From Callorhinchus milii (taxonomy: Eukaryota), in contig NW_024704743.1 in NCBI RefSeq assembly GCF_018977255.1, forward strand, positions 98,768,001-98,832,000: a DNA stretch of 64,000 nt, in the 5' to 3' direction. Below the pieces are notes generated by a model. The model searched no databases, was not told the origin of the DNA, and saw nothing but the letters and a program-made list of their open reading frames with translations. Shown here one piece after another: positions 1 to 11,400 of the stretch. Made by a program: the position numbers and the translations under genes. How positions within the stretch are numbered: the first letter of the stretch is position 1; each line of letters opens with the position of its first letter.

Positions 1-229
1 GGAAGTTTCCCCCGGGGTCCTGGCCAACAATCCCCCAAATAAAATCAGTTATTCACTTCATGACTGTTCATAGGACAATGCTGTGTACAAACTGGCTGCC
101 ACATTTGCCCACAAAACAGTTACTGCACTTTACAGCCTTTTTCAAGGCATCAATGTTTTTGAAGTGTTGTCCATGTAGGCCTTACTTCAGAGTACTGAAG
201 AGATAAAAGTTTATGGGTGTCAAGTCCAG

Positions 230-870
230 GCTCTATGGAAGGTGGAGTCCATCCGATTTGTCCAATGGCTTTTGATATTGTGAGGCTTGCGTGAGATCTG
301 GCATTGTAATGCGCTTCTACCATGTCAGTGTTTGGAGAGGTTCTCCTTGTATGGCCTTTCAGCTTCTTCAAGGTCTCAACATGGCACTCTGAGTTTATGA
401 CTTATGAATCCACTAAGCACCAACTTTAGAGTTACCAAGGTTACCAATAATAATCTCTATGACCTGATGACCAATAGTGAGACTCTCACTCAACTTACAC
501 TGAGTGATGTGTTGATATTTGCAGATTAGTTCATCAACCTTCTTTGTATTCTCTTTAACAGCTGTTTCCAGCCACCCACAGCAAAACCTATCTTGAAGTT
601 CGGTTTCTTTACTTTTCATACGATTTGCCCAGCGTCTTACAGTACTCACATCAACACATAAGTGTCCATACACTTTCAACATCGACGGTGAATCTCAATC
701 GGTAAAATCCCCTCAGCTGTGAGAAATTCAATTACTGCTCTCTGCTTAACATGTGCATCAATGCTGGATGCCATTTTGAACTGGTGTCATCTACCTGCAT
801 CTATTGAGAATTAAACAAAACTTTCACAGCAGTCGTACAATATATTAAAGTATAATATGTACGTTACTTT
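230..870 (-). mobile_element. Degenerate mariner (Tc1/mariner) transposase relic, internally deleted
   Basis: From the ATG at 774: MASSIDAHVKQRAVIEFLTAEG..IEIHRR, frameshift, then LKVYGHLCVDVSTVRRWA...KVDELI...KVGA*W (HTH region and decayed WVP motif). After a deletion: ETLKKLK...HYNARSHASL...IGW (decayed HDNARPH catalytic motif). Outer boundaries are approximate. Confidence 0.8.
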
Positions 871-908
871 ACCACTTAACATTCTTCACAAAATAGGCAT
901 TGCATTCC

Positions 909-1230
909 TCATAATAATAATAATCCTTGCATTTGATATAGCGCTTTTCATGTCGGGAGGACATCCCAAAGCGCTTCACAGAACACACTGTAAAGTGAAT
1001 TGACTGTATATTTGTGGGCGAACGCGGCAGCTAATTGCGCACAGCAATGTCCCAGAAACAGTCATGGACTGAAAATGACCAATTTATTATTGTTTTTGGT
1101 TTTTGAGGGATTATTATTAGGCTCTGTGTGGAGTAAGGAAACTTGCCCAAGGTTTCGCCCTCTGCCTGGAATTGAACCCAGGTCTCTCACTTGCAAAGCG
1201 AGTGCTCTAACCACTGAGCTACAGGACTCC
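909..1230 (-). mobile_element. Full-length tRNA(Ala)-derived SINE with L2-type tail
   Basis: Head GGAGTCCTGTAGCTCAGTGGTTAGAGC...GGTTCAATTCC (A and B boxes). Body is shared with many copies in the window. Ends in (TTA)n. Confidence 0.92.
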
Positions 1231-1648
1231 ACAATAATGTATTAAATATAACAAAATATATCAAACACAAAATATATTAAACATAAACATATTAAATAAA
1301 AATATATACCAAATTTAAGGATTATTGTTGCAATGTTACAATTATTTACATTTTTAAATTGTTACATATAACGTTGTTTAAAAAAAGCTTTGCTGTATAA
1401 AAGTCCAGCAATTCTTTTTTCGGTCAGCCGGGTGTCTGACGCACGTGTAAACCCATCACCGTCATTAAGAGTATCCAAACCAAATTGAGAATACCACGCA
1501 TCCCACCCACACATAGAAATTCCGTGGTCTTTTAGATATTTATTGGAATGGACCTGGAGGGACGCATCGTGCTTAGCTAATTCCGAAAAGTATTAGGCGC
1601 AGTTTAGCAAGAGCCAAGTTTGGGGGACCCCAAGGATAGTGGGTAGTG

Positions 1649-1976
1649 GGAGTCCTGCAGCTCAGTGGTTAGAGCACTCGCTTTGCAAGCGAGAGACCTG
1701 AGTTCAATTCCAGGCAGATGGCGAAACCTTGGGCAAGTTTCCTTACTCCACACAGAGCCGAATAATAATCCCTCCAAAACAAAACAATAATAAATTGGTC
1801 ATCTTCAATCTACGACTGTTTGTGGGACATTGCTGTGCGCAATCGGCTGCCGCCTTCGCCCACAAATACACAGTCAATTCACTTTGCAGTGCGTTCTGTG
1901 AAGCGCTTCGGGACGTCCTCCCGACGTGAAAAGCGCTATATCAAAATGCAAGGATTATTATTATGATTATTATTAT
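1649..1976 (+). mobile_element. Full-length tRNA(Ala)-derived SINE, same family
   Basis: A/B-box head, CCTTGGGCAAGT motif, GCTGTGCGCAATCGGCTGCC body, stem-loop tail and (TTA)n. Confidence 0.92.
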
Positions 1977-1979
1977 AGT

Positions 1980-2450
1980 GCAACAACGGGCAAGTGCCGG
2001 TTTGAGCCCCGCGCTCCGGTGGATGGTAAGTGCAGGGAAACGCCCCGTGAGGTTCCAGGTGGGGCACCACAGCCTCTCCGCACGAAGCCTCCTCCCTCCT
2101 GCGTGCGCAGCTCTGGCCGCCAGTCACCCCTCCCCCACCCCTCCCCCCGTGTCACTGAGGGCCGAGCACCTCCTCTCCGGCACCAGCTGGGGGCGCTGTG
2201 ACCCGGGCTCCCGGCTCCCGGCGCCGCGCATTGCCTCGCGGCACTTCCGGCCAAGATGTCGCCCGGTCTGTTCCAGTTCAACGAGGCCCGGGAGAAATTC
2301 GCGGTGAGGCGCCTTCAGCCGCGGGTTTAAAGAGTCAGGGTGTCATGGCGGGGCCTCTCGAGCGGGGGGGGGTGGTGGTGGAGGAGGAGGAGGAGGGGGG
2401 GTCTGTGGGCTGTGACTGGGGCGGTGGTGAGCGGTGGGGATGGTTGTAAA
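1980..2450 (+). promoter_or_regulatory. CpG-island promoter and first exon of THOC1
   Basis: Sharply GC/CpG-rich segment around the ATG at 2256. ETS/GABP-type CACTTCCGG at 2242-2250 is followed directly by a YY1-like CAAGATG overlapping the start codon. No TATA box seen. Confidence 0.8.
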
Positions 2451-5400
2451 ATGGTGGAGGAGGGACTCTCAATCACACAGTGAGTTACCAGCCTCCATTA
2501 TCTAATGGTTAGTCCCATTTCAGCGCCTCCGGACGTCCTCCTGACGTGAAAGGCGCTTTATAAATGGAATCTTGTTGTTGTTGTTGTTGTGGTTAGTGTT
2601 TTTCTCCCCCCCCCCCCCCCCCCCCCGTTTCAAAATAAAGTGGCCGATACCCAAATACCAAACGCGAGGATTATTATTATGATCATCGGCGGCGGCGTCG
2701 GCGTCGCAATCCTTGCATTTTGGTAAAGAGCCTTTATCGTGTATTCGAGACGCCCCAAAGCGCTCCCCGCAACATGATGCGAAGTGAGTTGACCGTATAT
2801 CTTCGTGGGCGAATTACTGTCGTGTTGTGAACCCGCCTCGCCACGAAGCTGCTGGTGCACAGCTCCGTGGAGGCCCCGCCGGTGAAATTAAACGGTTTTC
2901 GCACCTGATCGCGTCCCATCACCGGTGGACAGGCTTTCAGATATTCTGCCCCCACTCTCTGGAACTCCATCCTGGAGTCTCTCCGTCTTGTCCCCTCCCT
3001 TCTTGTTCAAGGCTCGTTTCAAGATGTGTCCACTGACTGCTTTCGGTCATCTTTACCTTCCCCACCTTCTATGCCCTGAACCCACAACCTGTTGATTCAG
3101 AAGCGAGAATGCTACTGCTGAGCCAGGCTGACACAAGTTGATGTTACAGTTGTCTTGTACAATCAGCAGTGTGATGCGCTTTGAGATACCCTCTTAGCAT
3201 GAAAGGTGCCATATAAATCGTATAGAAGAATGAGAATTGATTGCAGAAACTAGGAAAAATTTATGATGGGGAAAGATTAGTGGAGATGTTATTAATCCTT
3301 CTGAATACTAAAGTGCATAGATGAGCCAGACGAAAATACCAGTTACAATATCCTGCTGTGTCACGGCCCTAAACTCAGAAGGAAGTTTGAGTATGCAGTT
3401 TAGATTTAAACCTTTTTTTTTAAAACAACCATTAGTAAATGTTGGTGTTATTTTGTCAATATTGCTGAGGTGAGGGGGTACTGTACTATAAATTTATATC
3501 TTAAGTCTTGAGTACATTTCATGGAAGAAATATATTGAAGGCAGTTAAAGTGAAGTTTTAATTGAGCAGTTTGTACACATCCTAATGTTGAGGTATGTTT
3601 GAAACTTGTAATTTATTTTGAATGTAGATGATACAATTATGGATAAAACGTTTATGGAAAATAATCTGCCTAGTCGCCCAAATGTTTAATTGATTTTTAA
3701 ATTCACATTTAAGGTTTGTACAGCCTATTTCTGTGCCAGCATGTTGTACAGGGGTAGTTACATCAAACATTGCAGTTCTTAAAGTGATAGTCCTGATTGG
3801 AAACATTATCTGTAGTTGGCACAAGTTGTTAATAGCATGCAGAAGTTAAAATAATAATCCTTGCATTTGATACAGTGTCTTATCACCTTTTTGCGATGTC
3901 TCAAAGCATTTCATAGGATACATTGTGAAGTGGATTGACTGTGTATTTTGGGGTGAAATGTGGCAGCTCGTTGGTGCACAGCAATGTCCCACAAATAGCC
4001 ATGAAATAAATAACCAATTTTATTTGGAGGATTGTTGGCCAAGACACTGAAAGAAACTCCCTTCTCTTTTCAAATAGTTCTATAGGATCTTTAACATCCA
4101 CCTGAAGAGGCAGACAGGAGCTCAGTTTAACATTTCATCTGAAGTACGGCATCTGAGGCAATGCCACGCACCCCCCCCCCCCCAGCACTGCATTGGAATG
4201 TCATCTTAGATGATGTGATTTCAAGTCCCGACATGGGGCCTGAACCCACAACCTTCTGGCTCAGAGATGAGAATGCTACCACTGAGCCAGACGGACATGA
4301 GTTGGTGTTGCTTTACACTGCGAATTAAGGGATTCATAATAGTCTGGGAAAGCAATGTTTCAAACCGCATGAAGTATTGTTTAGGAATGCTACTTCCTCT
4401 AATTATATTTTTGGTCCATTAGAATTACACAAAAGAGGCCTTGACCAGCAACGATATCAAGCCCTTAATACTTGTCTTCAGCCAGCTGAGCGGAGGGTAA
4501 GTCATTGATTGAAATAATGTACTGGTGAGTACATGTAAAATTATTTGAAGTTAACCAAAAAAAGTTCACTATGCTGTAACTTTGGCTTGTATATGACAAC
4601 CACAGGGTGAAGTTTTCTTTAATTCAATAATCTGTTCTTTCTGTGTTTCATTACAGTGAAACAGAAAAGAAGACAACATTAGATCAGGCTTTCAGAGGTA
4701 TTCTTGAAGAAAAAATAGTAAGTGTCAGTGGAATTCTGTTTTTTACTATTATACGAAATGAGATGAGAATGATTGGTATTTAAATGGGGGAAGAAACTGA
4801 CAGTGAAAATGCCTTTATAAATTTGCATTTGTGATTGGCATGTCCCAGCGCCCTGGGATATCTTTCCAATGTGAAGAGCGCTATATAAGTGTAGTTTGTT
4901 GTTGTGCTTGAAAGTATTGCCATCCCAGACACAGCATCTCCTAGAACAGAGCAAAAGGTTTGGGTTGAAATTCTTTTTTTAAGGAAGATTTAAAATTGAT
5001 GGATGTTGATTTGTTTCTTCATTTATTATCTTTGAAAATGCAGGACATTTTTTTTCTTAAAAAAGAGGTGAGCATATGTTCTAGCACTTTTATTGAAAAT
5101 TGTTTTCAGAATGCATGACGATTTCCTGATGCTGGTTTCCGATGAAAGCATTTATTTGTACAATGAGTCTCCTTTTTTGGTTTGATATATTTTGAATTAT
5201 GCTCTTATTTTCTGCTGGCTGGGTGCTTGTCATGAGTGAAATGAAAAGTGTGCATCTGTGTAGTGTTTGGAGGGAAAAGGTCCTTTGTGCTGAATTCCAC
5301 CATTGTTCGTACTGGTGTGTCTGTTGCTCCTTATTGCAATATATATGGTTTAAACTACAGGCGGATAGAAGCAACTCTTCCGAAGTGAAAGGCACTATAC

Positions 5401-8400
5401 AAATGCAATTTTGTTGTTATTGTCTAGACTCTTCCTTGACAGAACATTTTAAAGGTAGTCTCCAGTACATTATAATAAAGGTGTTTCTCAGATTTCCTGT
5501 ATTGTAGATTTCCTAAGACATTCCAAAGTGATACAAAATGTTCTATATGGGCTTTACTAGCTGTGTAATCATATTTTCTTCTTCATACAGTTAGACCGAG
5601 GGAACTGTGAAGATTTCTTGTCCGTTATTTCTCTTAGCATCAGCGGAGTTACAGAAGGTAACTGCATCTTCAAATCTTTTTTTCTAAATGAGTGAATGTT
5701 TAAATGAGCCATACAATACCAAAGTTACTTTCACATTGGTGAAGCGGATGATTTGGTGACCCTTGCTGGGTTGGGAGAAGAGGAGAGGCCAATGTGAATA
5801 ATCTGACTTACAGATAGTTAGCGTGTGGATACATAACACTACTGTAATGGAGAGAATAAAGTAAACTTTTTGTCACTAAGAAATGTGTTTTTGTGCCTTT
5901 GTAGGTGTTTGCTCTGCTACCACACCCTTTATACTGCTTGGCGATGTCTTAGATTGTCTTCCTCTTGACCAGTGTGACAAAATATTCACCTTTGTTGAAA
6001 AAAATGTTGGAACTTGGAAATCTGTAAGTAATACTCATAATAAAATAACTGCTGTGACCAGTCCTAGTAAACCTATGCTGTACTCTTTCCATCACTGCTA
6101 TATCCTTCTTGTAGTGTGCAACCAGAATTAGGCAAGTACACAAAAATGCGGTCTAATCAAGGTTTTGTATAAATTCAATATTACCTCCTCACTTTCATAT
6201 CTATCTCTGTGGATATTAATCCACATATATATTGGCATATATATTATTCAGGTTAAACTCTTGATAACTCATCACTCCAAGGGGCAATGGCTCAATGACA
6301 AGTTACCTGGAATGGCGAGTTAGGCATATGTGTAAATACATAAATGAATACCGTCGGGATATTGACAGCATGATGACTTAAGTGGTAGTGACAAGTTAAG
6401 TCAGCATTGAGTTATCAGGAGTTTACTGTTTTTTGTTGATGGTTAGTTAGCACAAATTTGGCCAGTGTTTGTCTGTTGTGTAACCCTAACAGTAAGCCTA
6501 TCTTTCTGGGCTTCGTATTTCATGTTAGAGAGAGAAAATGATAAATCAGTTGAGTAACAAAAAACTTTTGTTTAAAAAAAATCCAAATAGCATTGTGATA
6601 GATTTTAAAATTATTTACAAATTATCAAAAAAACATTGTAATGTTTTAAAATTATTTTAAAAAAATGAAAAAAAGCATTAGTATGTCAGGCTAGCTCAGT
6701 TATGGGTTATGGTTCAGAAGGTTATCGGTTCAATCCCTTTATAAACACACACTCAGAGATGATAGTATGAACTGGCAGATTATTATATTTTTTCTTTCAG
6801 GCTTCTTTCTACTCTGCCGGTAAAAACTACTTGTTAAGAATGTGTAACGGTAAGTGACAATAAGTTTACTGCCCTAATCATTTATAAATTAATTGCAGAA
6901 TAAAACATTAAAACTCTGGACAACAATATAGTGACTCAGGACACATGAATTTAATGTTTACCTGCTCCATTTTAATTTAATTTTCTGCTGCTTAGGCTGA
7001 CTTTCCAAGAGAGTGCTGGGCATGTGCTGCATGAGCTGAATGAGGCACACATGGGTAAAACAACACGGGCAAGACAAAAGCCATCTCTCTTGGCTTCTGC
7101 CACAATCTTCTCACTTCCAACTTTGATCTCCTCAACCTCTTGCCCTCTCCGAACCAGAACACATCCTATGGGATCCAGTTTGATCCTCAGGTTTCCTTTC
7201 TCTCTCCCTGCATAAGACTCCTTTTCACCAGTTCATTTGGACCTTAAGGATCTCATGACACTACTCAGAATGAGATGGGTGTTTCAACCAATATCCTGGC
7301 CAAACAATGGTCATTCACTTCATGGCTGTTTGTGCATTGCTGTGCGCAAATTACCTGCCACATTAATCTACAAAATACACAGTCCCTACAACACTTCTGA
7401 CAATGCGTCTCTACCACAGCACTGCATTAGAGTGTCAAGACTGAGTTCAAAGTTCTAAAGTGAAGCTTGTAATAATACTAATCCTTACATTTGGTACAGT
7501 GCCTTTTGTGTCCGGACGTTTTGTAAGTCCTTCACGGGATATACTGCAAAATGCAGTGGCTATGTGGTTGTGCGAATGTGGTTTATGTGCGAATGTGGTA
7601 GTCAGGATACCTCATGTCCTGGGGGACCTTGAGGTCTCAATGCCTAACCCTGCCTGGGGGACCTTGAGTCCAGAAAGTTTGGCTTAGTTGATGTAAAAGC
7701 TCTTTAAAGAGCCTCAATAATGTGCCTCGATTGTGCTTGGACCGTTCTAAATTATCCAGAACTTAATTCATGAGCGACTGAGCAATTGTGTGTTCATACT
7801 CAATCAATCCATGGAAAATGTGTAAGGTTGCTCAAAGCAAGTTTGTTTTGGTTAGAGGAGACTTGTACCCCATTGTTTGGATAGAATTCAAATTCATATC
7901 CCAGAGGTGAAGCATGTTATTCTTAAGGTAATCTGCAGTCTTTAATGTCATTTTGTTTTCAAATTTGACCTGTTATAAATTAATTGATCTGCCAAAAACT
8001 TTATATATTAACAGGTTATATGTATATTTTATAAATATATAATATATAATATATACAGTGGAGGTGGGTGGTTGCTTTTTAAACTAATATTTTCTGTGCT
8101 CCTCCAGATTTCTTGAAGTTGAGCACCAATTATGGTCAAGCAGATAGGTCCGCAACCTGTTCTCGGGCTTAACAGTTACTGCAAGGCTCAAGCAAAGCTT
8201 AGTGACCATCCTCACTGCTTGATAAGTCCGTGGTGGCACGGATAAAATGGGGCATCTAGGAATTGTGAGAGATTAAGGAGCAAACTTACATCCAAGTACC
8301 CACAATGAAGTACATTAAATGCACTGCCAGTGCTCCTTGGGCACTGATAATGCATTTTTTTCATCAACTGTAATCCTTTACAGATCTTTTAAGAAGACTC

Positions 8401-11400
8401 TCCAAGTCACAGAATACTGTTTTCTGCGGACGAATTCAGCTCTTTTTGGCTAGGCTGTTTCCTTTATCGGAAAAATCAGGTGAGTAATCAATTTTATTTG
8501 TTAAGGTATTTTCACTTCTGTGACATTCTACTATGAGTGAGTCAAATATTCTTTACATTAATGTGGCAGTCTAATAATTATTCAGCTACAAGTGTGTTAC
8601 TCCTTATCAATGGCAAACTTTATATTGTACCCACCACATAGAAGAGCGTCTCCAACCACTTGACAATAACTGGGTCGGAAGTTGAGCAGGGAGAGGTGAC
8701 CCAAATGTGAGGTTGAAGAGGTAGATTTTAAGCCGGATAGAGAGGAACGAGACAGAGGGATAAAGGGGGAAGTTCCACAAGTTCACTGTTACTGAAAGGG
8801 TTGGCCCCAGTGATGGCACAAAGAAAGTGCAGCAGGTCCTAGTTATCCAAGCAGAGAAGTGGAGTAGGAGAAGACCTCAGAGGTAGGGAGGGGGTAGGGT
8901 ATGAAGGTATTTATAGGTGAGGGTGAGGACCCTCAAAGTAGGGCCGACTCAGTGTGCTGTGCTTAATTTCAAAGTCATTGTTGCAATTTGTGTGTGTGTA
9001 TATCTACAACAACAAGTTGACTAGCTTAAAAACAAAAAATGCTTTTATTAAGAGTTTAACCAAATGTTATGAATGATTTCAGCTCACATACACGTTGTCC
9101 TTTACAAAGGAACATTTTTTTTAATATGAAAATAATACATCTCACTGAAAAAGGATATCTAAAGTACTTTATCTGGAAATTGTGATTAAAATCGTAGTTG
9201 ATATTTTCACTTTTGAATTAATTACCATTATAAAATGACTAGTCAGAATGTAAGTTTCCCATTGTGGAGACTAAATTGCTTTGGTTTTGCACTGTTAAAA
9301 TGGAGTGAGATCATAGAAGTTTACAGTACGTTAACCAGCCCATTTGGAACATTCAGCCTACTTTGTTTTTTCTGCACGAGAACTCCGGGTCACCAGCGAT
9401 AGCACTGGTTCAGGCAGAATCCACATTCGCCTTCAAAAGGAAACAGAGAGGAAAGAGCTCTGAGACACTGCCCTGGTGAAGAGAACTATAATAAATGCAA
9501 ATTGTTATTGTTGGAACGAGACAAGTATCTTAAAAAGATTCTGCAACAGTATGAGGAAAGGGCGAGTAAATCGGACTGAAAGGGCTGCTCTTGAGGCAGT
9601 CGGCACAGACACGATGTACTGAATGTCATTTTTATGTGCTGTAAATTTCTATGGTTCTATATATTTTACTCTTAAAATCCCAGACCCTTTAATCGATTCT
9701 GATTATAATTGTATAATTGATATTGATTCGTTAATTGCCACAAATATATCAGTAAAAAATTAATTAATTTGAATTATATTCTTTGTATTTTTATTCGTTA
9801 TTTATTCAAGTTATTTTGAGCAAGACGATATTTTGATAGGCATGTCTTAGAATTCTTGTAAGGATTGTAGAGAATTTGTGTCCATAAATTGTATTCCCAA
9901 ATACAAACAAATTGCATTCTGCAATTTAATGCCGCTTTGAACTCCTATTGATTATGAATACCTTATGTGTATCTTTTGACCGCTGATCTGTGTGCTTGAT
10001 TGCAGGGCTTAATTTACAAAGCCAATTTAACTTGGAGAATGTGACTGTGTTTAATACGAGTGAACAGGAGAGCACGCTAGGATTGAAGGTGGGTTATCAA
10101 CTAGGGTGGAAAACACCTATTCCAATTCAGAACCGCATCATAATATGTGGGGTTTATAATGTTGCCTTTTGGAAATTGCAGCAAATGGAAGTTGCAGAAG
10201 ATGGAATGGAAGTTGAAGAAGGAGAAATGGGTGATGAGGAGCCTGCAACAACATGGTAAGGATCTTAGAACATTTCACAAGAAGTTTTCTTTCTTAGTGT
10301 GCAAATCTTCACTTATTTGACAACTAAATTGGCATCCAGTTGTTGAGTCTGGTGGAGAGATTCTGTTGCAGGCCTCAGAATTTTGAAACGTAGAGGTTCT
10401 CCATTATAACGTGATATAGTTGGTGTCCATAAAATTTCAAATAGAGTTATAATGTGGCCTGATCGCCGGTCAAAGCTTCTGCATTCATTATGCATGCTGT
10501 AAACAACCAACCAGCTGTAATAGCAAGCTTTGCGGTTTTAGTTGGTTAGACTCCAGCAGTACCCAACCCACCCTCAGTAGTCCCCAGCCCTTGTCAACAG
10601 CTGACTTCTGGGTCATTGGGTTATTACTGATGCCACTGCAGCACACAAAGTGACAGCAGGAACCTGATAACATAGACGTTGTCCCATTTTTGTTGTGTGC
10701 AAGAAACCAGCGAGAGTTTTGAAGTGGGACAATGCAATTTGAAGTAATGGGTCAGCGCTCTGGGTGCAATTTGGATTTGTGCTTTAACTAAATGCACATT
10801 GTAAGGGGGATCTACTGTCCGAAGTACCTTCTACAGTACAGTTTTTTATAACTACTTTCTCCACTGATTTCTTTTTCACCCTTCTTGAAGCCTTCTTTTA
10901 ATCTGAGTACATCCCTTATTTTACTCCAGGATGGCCTCCTGTGTATATTACTCCTCCCATCACTTCTACGATAATGATTTGACTCTAACCTTGTATAACT
11001 GGATTTCTGTCCATTGTGTGTACAAACATGCATTTGATTTATTGTAATTAGTTAAGAAAAGACAACCATGTGCATGTTGATATTGGCTTCCAAAGACGGT
11101 CTACTTTCAGCACTGAGAGAAACAATCTTATGCTACTCATCTCTTCAGGATAAATGTCAATTGTGTAACTTGATAGTAGCGTGTTTCATGTCAGGAGGGC
11201 ATCGTAAAATGCTTTGCAGGAATTACTGTAAAGTGTAGTAACTGCATATTTTGTAGGCAAGTGTGAACATTATGATCTGTTCTCCATTTATGTTATGAGA
11301 AACATTAAGACCTCTATAACAGTGGGGTTTTTGGGGAGGGAGGTTTGGAAGGGTGCGCATGGAATGATATAAATGCCACAATATTTAGTTTGTGTCGGAT

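Noticed and set aside
1651..1722. tRNA-Ala(TGC) gene
   Set aside because: It continues directly into a SINE body repeated many times in the window, has an imperfect acceptor stem and has no adjacent T-run terminator.
1926..2449. Several overlapping ORFs of 60-114 aa
   Set aside because: They are a by-product of the GC-rich CpG island, which has few stop codons. Only 2256-2303 is supported as coding.
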